DNA of 64,000 nt from Zygnema circumcarinatum SAG 698-1b (Eukaryota; Plantae; Zygnematophyceae): assembly GCA_037447605.1 (NCBI GenBank), contig CM074811.1, positions 1,674,001 to 1,738,000 on the forward strand, in the 5' to 3' direction. Shown here piece after piece: positions 57,471-64,000 of the stretch. Numbering within the stretch: position 1 is the first letter of the stretch; every line of letters begins with the position of its first letter. Under the pieces are notes generated by a model that was not told the DNA's origin, searched no databases, and saw only the letters and a list, made by a program, of their open reading frames with translations. The translations under genes and the position numbers were made by a program.

Positions 57471-60400
57471 ATGCCCACTGTGAGCTTGGGGCGAGACCGC
57501 CTCTTCCACGCTCTGGGCCACACATATAGTCAGTGACTCTCTTTACCTTCTTCCTTTGCAGCAATGCAGGTGGGGGGGCATGTTGCGGGAGGGGGGATTT
57601 TGGATCAGGATGGCTGGCATCAACTTCCGGTGTGGTCCACTGCTCGCGTCTTGGTGATAATTCATAGCAGAATGGAGTGCTGCAGGCGGTGTTAGGGGCG
57701 GAGGGTTCTTGGGGCTTAGTCGCATTCCATTTCCCGTTGTGGAAGGTTCAGAATAGGGGAGCTGTATGTCATGCAGAACTTGTTCGTTAAGAAGCTGCCC
57801 TGCAGTGAGTGTCTTATTTATTTCAATCATTTCGGTGCAGCAATCGCTGAATATAACCACGAGTTTTTTGCTCAAAAGCAACATTAATAACTAAGGAGGC
57901 CGTGGTTTTGGCAAGGAAGATTTTTTGTCCTGCCGCGTGATTAATTTTGAGGTTTTCGCTAGTTGGTGACTGCAGCTGACTACGCTCACTCCTGAATTGC
58001 GTACTAAAGCTTTTAAAGCCACATGCTTGTTTTACTCGTGTTGCTATCGTTAGACCTTGCCGCTACAATTCCAGAAATAATAGCACTTTCAGTTCAATAA
58101 CAGCACTTCGCTGGAATCGGCCACCTCAATCCTTACTCACATAGCACTCATAGTCGACCCTTTTGGAATCTGCTTTGCCGTTGTATGCACCTTGACTAAG
58201 TTGTGGCTCTTGGGCTGGACAGCTGAGGAGGAATTCGATGAACTATGTTTTGAGTTCGGCATCGAGCTTGACGATGTGGTTAGTAGTTTGGGGCCCTTTG
58301 GTTGGCCTTCTCCTTTGTTCCAAATTCCTCAATGGCTGGTCCACTTGCATGGTTCAAAACGGCAATGCTTAAAAGGAACACATTGTTTTCCCCTGATGCT
58401 TCAATGCCCATCATTCCATCCTTCCTCGACCATTGTGGTTACTTGCATATTCGACAGTGAAAAAAACCGCATACTTCAAGCCAAACCTTCCGCTAGAAGC
58501 CAACTGAAGCCCTTGGTGGAAAAGAAATGCCAACTTTATGGATCAAGTTCCTGATAATATCAATTCTCTTTCGGGGTTTATCTCGTTTAGTTTTTCTTAC
58601 TTGAGGGCTTTCTGGACGAATAGTGGACGCGAATTGCCATTTTCTGGTAAATAGCATCTTGTAAAGAGCGTGACTAGAAGTGCGCTCGTCTTTTGGGGAA
58701 CTAGATTTTAGCAATCAGAAAGCAATTATGAACGTCGAAAGGGTGAATTAGTGTCAAGGGCCGTATTTTACAGAGATGCTGCCAATGTTGCCACATAGGT
58801 TGATTGATGAATGCCCACGTGGCAGCCTCCTACTTTATGGGTGGCCTTCATCTTGGGTGTTGGAATGCATAATGCATGAACCTTATGGAGCCCTAACCTT
58901 AACCTTACCTTGGGAAACCGTGGGCTTTGCAGACAACAGAGCAGGCAATTATTCGGAAGGAAAAACATTTGAAAGAGGAAGCAGCTCACGATGAAGAAGT
59001 CATTTATAAGATCGAGGTGCCAGCCAACAGGTACGTCCTGCTTGGTGCGAGAAAAACCACGGATAAGCCCTTACTTGCTTAAAGCAACCTTGCCGGGGAA
59101 GTCCCTTTCGTAAGGGAGATGGTGTTTTGCCTAATTGAGGTTAGCAGTGTTTCACTCGGAATGAAGAACGAATAATTGAGATTCGTTGAGTAAACATGAA
59201 ACGGTGACTGGCAGAGTTATGAATCTTCAAAGGTATGAGTGACAATCGAACCCAGTTTGATAGCAAACGAATAATAGTGAATGACCAAACTAAACAAACA
59301 TTGCTTGTTTCAACGACATTCATGAGCTCGGAAGGAACCGGCGCTCGGCGCATTGGTTGGGAGACTGATGTGCACCTTAGCTGCATCGTAACACTAGAGA
59401 ATGGTTTATTTTTCAAGTAATTGCAAGTGATGGAGAACTGGGGCTTGGCTCAGATACGACCTGCTCTGTTTGGAAGGCCTCGCTCGTGCCTTGCGAATTT
59501 TCCTCGGGGAGGAGCAGGTCCCTGTGTTCCGCCTGGCAGACATGGAAGGGAAGGCTCCCCTGTGCATCACCGTTGCCCCCGAGGTACCTTATCTGCAATG
59601 TAGATTCAGTTTGTTTTGTTCATGGTACAGAAAGATCAGGCAAATGAAAGCGTGTTAACACTGTTACTGCTTTGCCAAAAGGCCCTTTGGCCTGAGCTGC
59701 GGTACAGATAGCAGGATCTGCCAACGAAACCCAGTAGTGTTGTTGAGTGTAAAGCGGCTTCTCCCCTCCTTGGTGAAGGCACTTTCCTGTAATTGTAAAG
59801 AGCACTGTGGTTGACTGTTCGGTGGAGGGGAAAAACAGACACTCTTGGTGCGGCCCTTTGTCGTGTGTGCTGTCCTGCGTGGAGTGACCTTCGACCAGGC
59901 GCGCTATAGCAGCTTCATTGACCTCCAGGACCGCCTGCACCAAAACCTTTGCCGGTGCCTTGCTTTCCCTCCCTCCTTAAAGACTCACCTCACTTTGAAC
60001 CTGGCCAGGGCATGAAGGCTGCTTCATGGCTGCTTCGTGCTGACACTGGGTTTCTCCCCGCTGAGTTATGAAATTTAGACCATCAAGCTGTGTTTGGCAT
60101 GCATGCAGTCGGCTTGCTTGTGAACCACCTGCCATCGCTTGCTTCTATGCTTTCGGAGGAAATCATGGCTTGCTTGGATGCGGCTAACCTGCTGGGCACA
60201 TTGGGGTTGATGCGATGCAGGCGGCGCTCAATAGTGGCCATTGGGACGCATGACCTGGATACATTGGAGGGCCCATTTACATATGAGGTCAGATTGCACT
60301 CGTGTTACTCGTCCTGTGTGTCAGGGAACACTTTGTGGTGCTCATATTGTGAAGTCAGCAGAGAGAATGTGGTTGAGAAGATGAGTCTTAACTGTCAAAT

Positions 60401-63400
60401 AGTACAGGTACAGAGTTCCTCAATTTTCATGAAGAAGTTGATGGTCCTGGGGTTCAGTTACGTCATGTGATATAGCCTGTGAAGTGGCTGCATGATCGAG
60501 CATGCCGCCTGGAGTTTCATGCAATCTGGCATGAACCACTAATTGGGCAAGAATTTGACTGAACTCCAGCTTGGGTTGTTTCCGGAAATGGTACTCATTC
60601 ACATTGGGGAGTACATAAAATTATTTTTAGTTCTTGTCCAGTTGCTGTCAGGCTCAGTTTCCCTTGGTCCTACGAGACATGTTCCATTTCGATTGCAGTC
60701 TATGTTGAGTGGTTCATTTTTTACCATGAACAAGAACACTCTTATTCTAGGAAAAAAAAAAAAAGGTTCTACTAACGATCTCGCTCGTGGCAAGGCTTGC
60801 TCGTTAGAGAATGATGGCAGTGAAGGTTGAGGTGTGCATGATGCCATAGAGTGGAAAATGGAATGAAAGCTGGATCTGCTGTGTTTCTTGCAGGCACTGC
60901 CACCCACAGAAATCAAATTTGTTCCCCTAAAGCAGGTGTGTCTCTTTGCCTTTCAGAATGGCAAGCGTGGCTTTCTGCATGATAGTATGGAGGTTTTCAT
61001 TCATTCGCTGCACTTTGAAGGCATAATTCAGTTCTAGACTAGCTTTTGCGATCAACAGCTGAGTGCAGAGTGGTATTGATTTTTTACACAGCGGGTCTAC
61101 AGCAAAAGTGGATGCTTCGTCTGGGCAGCAGCTGCATGCTGGAATGCCATTCACTGTCAATTATGCACTGCGCCTACGTGGACTATTAGAGCAGGCAAAC
61201 GCTGTTGTCTCAAGTGAGTATTGATGACTTGTTTCCCGCTGGCGGACTATCTCTTGCAGACGAAGGAGTTCACTGCTGCGGAGCTTATGGAGTTCTATAA
61301 GGTGAGCACTTTGGAAAATGAAAGGAGTGAAGCAAGGAGCCAGTTGTGGCTTGACTTGTTATCATGAGAAGAGCAACAACTTTAAACTTTCGGTTTGGTA
61401 CAACTAAGCGTGAGTGAACTGTTGGTGCTGTTGTTCTCACTTGGTTTCGCCTAAGGAGCCGTGGCAGGGGATGTGCATTGCTGGGGGGGCGGCAGTCCGA
61501 TAACAAACTTAAGAAGTTTCTGCATATCATTAACGACTCCCCTGTGTTTCCGGTCCTCTACGATGCTAAAAGGTGAGCAAGATATGCTTTGAAGGACATA
61601 TCTTGGCAGCACTGCAGCTCTAGAAGTTCCTTTTTCAACCAGTACATGCTGCGAGCTTGAGGGGACGCAAAGTTCGCGGCTTAATTGCGTATTGCGTCGT
61701 GTTAGACATTCAGTTTGATGTGATTCAGGGAAGTTTTTGGTCAATCCAGTCTTTTGAATACGAATTTAGTTCATATTGCTCAATTCGATGTCAATGCTAA
61801 AGCATAGTCTCCATGCTAGGCAACTTCAACCTGAGGTGGATTTTATCTTCCCAATTGCCTGCGATCATAGAAGAGAGCTTAACTGCAGCTTGTGGGCTGC
61901 AGTCAAAACACTTTGAGGTTTTTGTCACTCACTTTCAGTGATGAACTGGATATCGAGGTTTCTTGTAAATAATGCTGTAGGTGTCAAGTGTGTTTATTTC
62001 TTCCCTACGTTGATATGGTGCCCCGTCCTGCATGAGTGCATGTAAGTGCAGGAGAGTGCTATCCCTTCCCCCCATCATCAACGGCGCTCATTCAGCCATC
62101 ACTCTGCAGACTCGCAATGTGCTCATCGAATGCACAGCCGTGGACCTCACAAAGGCGCACACTGTGCTCAACACCATGGTGAGCATGCCATGTTATCATC
62201 TGAGCATCGACGAGGATAGTACTGGGCGATTACTGCTCTCGTCTGTTACCTTATCACGTATTTGGTGAACTTGAACAAAGCCTGCCATTCTCGAACTTCA
62301 AAAGCTCTTCTTATTGAGATTGTTCTGATAAAGAACAACTTCTGAACTACTTAATGGTCATTAACGCCTACTCGTCCTCCATCCTTTCCACGCTTCACCC
62401 ATGGAGCTTTTTGTGTCAACCTGGTTCAGCTTGTGGCAGTTCCGCCGGCGTAACCTTCCTTTCACTTTTGTGATCTTCGTCAGTGTGCATTCAGCTCTGA
62501 GTTTATTCTTCGGACGGTTGTGCAGGTGACAATGTTCTCTGAATATTGCACTCAAAAGTTTGAGGTGGAGCCAGTCTTGGTCACGAATGCAGACCAATCA
62601 ACGATGCTGACTCCGCAGCTCGCCCTGCGGCCGGTGGAAACCGATGCTGCATACATCAACTCGCGCGTTGGAATTTCACTGTCCGCCACAGAGGTGAGAT
62701 GCGCCTGCTTGGAAGGTTCAATGCTAGACTCTCCTGCTATGAAGGAACATCCGAAAGGGATCATGACTAGGAGAAAGAGGCATCTTGACACACTGATGTG
62801 GGGCCTGGAGTCTATTTTATGGTGCAAAGGTCATCCGAGTAGTGTTACATGGTTACACAGTAGCCTTCTCTGCATATGGGCTGACAGAGCGGAATCATAA
62901 AGCCTCTAAATCTTCCAGACATAGTACAAGCCTCTGCACCGTCGCGTCTAATGAACTTCTCTACATTATTGTATCTTATCTCTGTATCCTTTGCATTTTA
63001 GTCATTTAATGCCCAACACCGCTGTTGAGTGGTGACCCCTCAATAGATGCACAAATAAGTTCTTTGAGGTAGGCACTCCCTTTATTTCTGCTTACACCAC
63101 TTCCTTCTCCCCATCTCCACCACCTCCACCACCTCCACCTTTTAGCGCCAGTTGGGCCCCACCAATCCTCCCTATTGGCGAGGCATATGCGTGCTGTAAC
63201 TGCACATTAGCGCAGCCACTCTCAGCCACACAGTGACTCTGCTGCCGCTGTAAGGTTCTCTGCAGATCGTGTCCCTCATCAACAGAATGCAGCTTCCTGC
63301 GGAGCTGGTCGGCCCTGAGGAAGGCGGCTGCATACGAGTGCTCGTGCCGCCCACTCGCAGCGACATTCTCCACCCCTGCGATATCATGGAGGTATGTGGA

Positions 63401-64000
63401 GGACCTCCTCCTGTAGATGTGTTCCCAGCATGGGAAGGCAGCTGGAAGGCCAGAGATGAGAAAGGTTCAAGAACGCAAAGTTGGAATAGGAAGAAAAACG
63501 TGATTTGGGATAATAAAGCTTAATAAGCAGGTTGATCTCTTATCTGGTAGAGAAGATAGGAGATATGTCCATTGGCGCCCATCTGCAGGATTGAGGTTGA
63601 AGAATGAAAAGCAACAACAGCTTGGGCGAAAGCATTGAGTGAAAGCCTTGACCTTTGCCTAAAGGAATGCATTCGAGGCGCATGTTTTAGCCCTTGTCAT
63701 GTTTCTCATGATCGTGGGCTCTTAGTCATACTTTGTTGAGGCGGAGGGAAATGGATGCAGGACGTAGCTATTGCTTACGGGTATAATAACATTAAGAAGA
63801 CGAGGCCGAAAGCATCCACGCAGGGTCGACAACAACCGCTCAACCACTTTTCTGACCTTCTGCGTGCAGAGGTGAGCTTAAGGCCCAACGGCATTCAAAA
63901 TATTATGTCTCTTGACTTCCTTTTGTGCATCCTTCGACTCCAGGTGAAGCCCAACAGGGCTCACCTCTGTATGGCAACATGGAACAAGTGACTTGTTGAC
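57471..64000 (+). CDS. FARSB: Cytosolic phenylalanine-tRNA ligase beta subunit (5' part; continues past window end)
   Basis: [124 protein letters not shown]. Confidence 0.96.

Noticed and set aside
63113-63142. (CCACCT/CCA)n repeat
   Set aside because: Ordinary short intronic microsatellite.
1-64000. tRNA, rRNA or snRNA genes
   Set aside because: No cloverleaf/T-loop or rRNA-like sequence recognised by eye. A tRNAscan-SE/Infernal run would be needed to exclude them.

Overview
Intron-rich eukaryotic nuclear DNA from a green-lineage organism. The gene content and intron style suggest a non-seed streptophyte such as a Klebsormidium-like alga (inference). Supported genes, left to right: Integrator subunit 1 (INTS1, minus, about 5.6-26.8 kb); a conserved plant single-pass membrane protein of unknown function (plus, 27.2-29.5 kb); a prokaryote-style circularly permuted ATP-grasp ligase (plus, 32.3-35.8 kb); a possible orphan spliced gene (minus, 36-38 kb); D-amino-acid transaminase/ADC-lyase (minus, 38.2-41.4 kb); haspin kinase with a large intragenic tandem duplication (plus, 45.7-54.4 kb); sideroflexin (minus, 55.3-57.3 kb); and cytosolic Phe-tRNA ligase beta (plus, 57.5 kb to window end). 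Three transposon-rich islands separate these genes. (i) 0-4.2 kb: a deleted copia element abutting a truncated Mutator (MULE) end, small MITEs and a palindromic array. (ii) 30-31.7 kb: a MULE-derived foldback MITE with one Harbinger/Tourist-like MITE nested inside it and another beside it. (iii) 41.7-45.6 kb: a GTAC-rich island with a Tc1/mariner-like MITE, duplicated across a 10-N gap, probably an assembly artefact. The most striking observation is that the MULE terminal inverted repeat carries an exact ER-stress element (CCAAT-N9-CCACG) plus two UPRE motifs (TGACGTGR). Together with an adjacent symmetric inverted ERSE pair and one more ERSE, this gives five ERSE-type motifs within about 1.4 kb upstream of the ATP-grasp gene. 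All homology calls come from recognising motifs by eye, not from database searches. Exon boundaries, especially terminal exons, are partly inferred.
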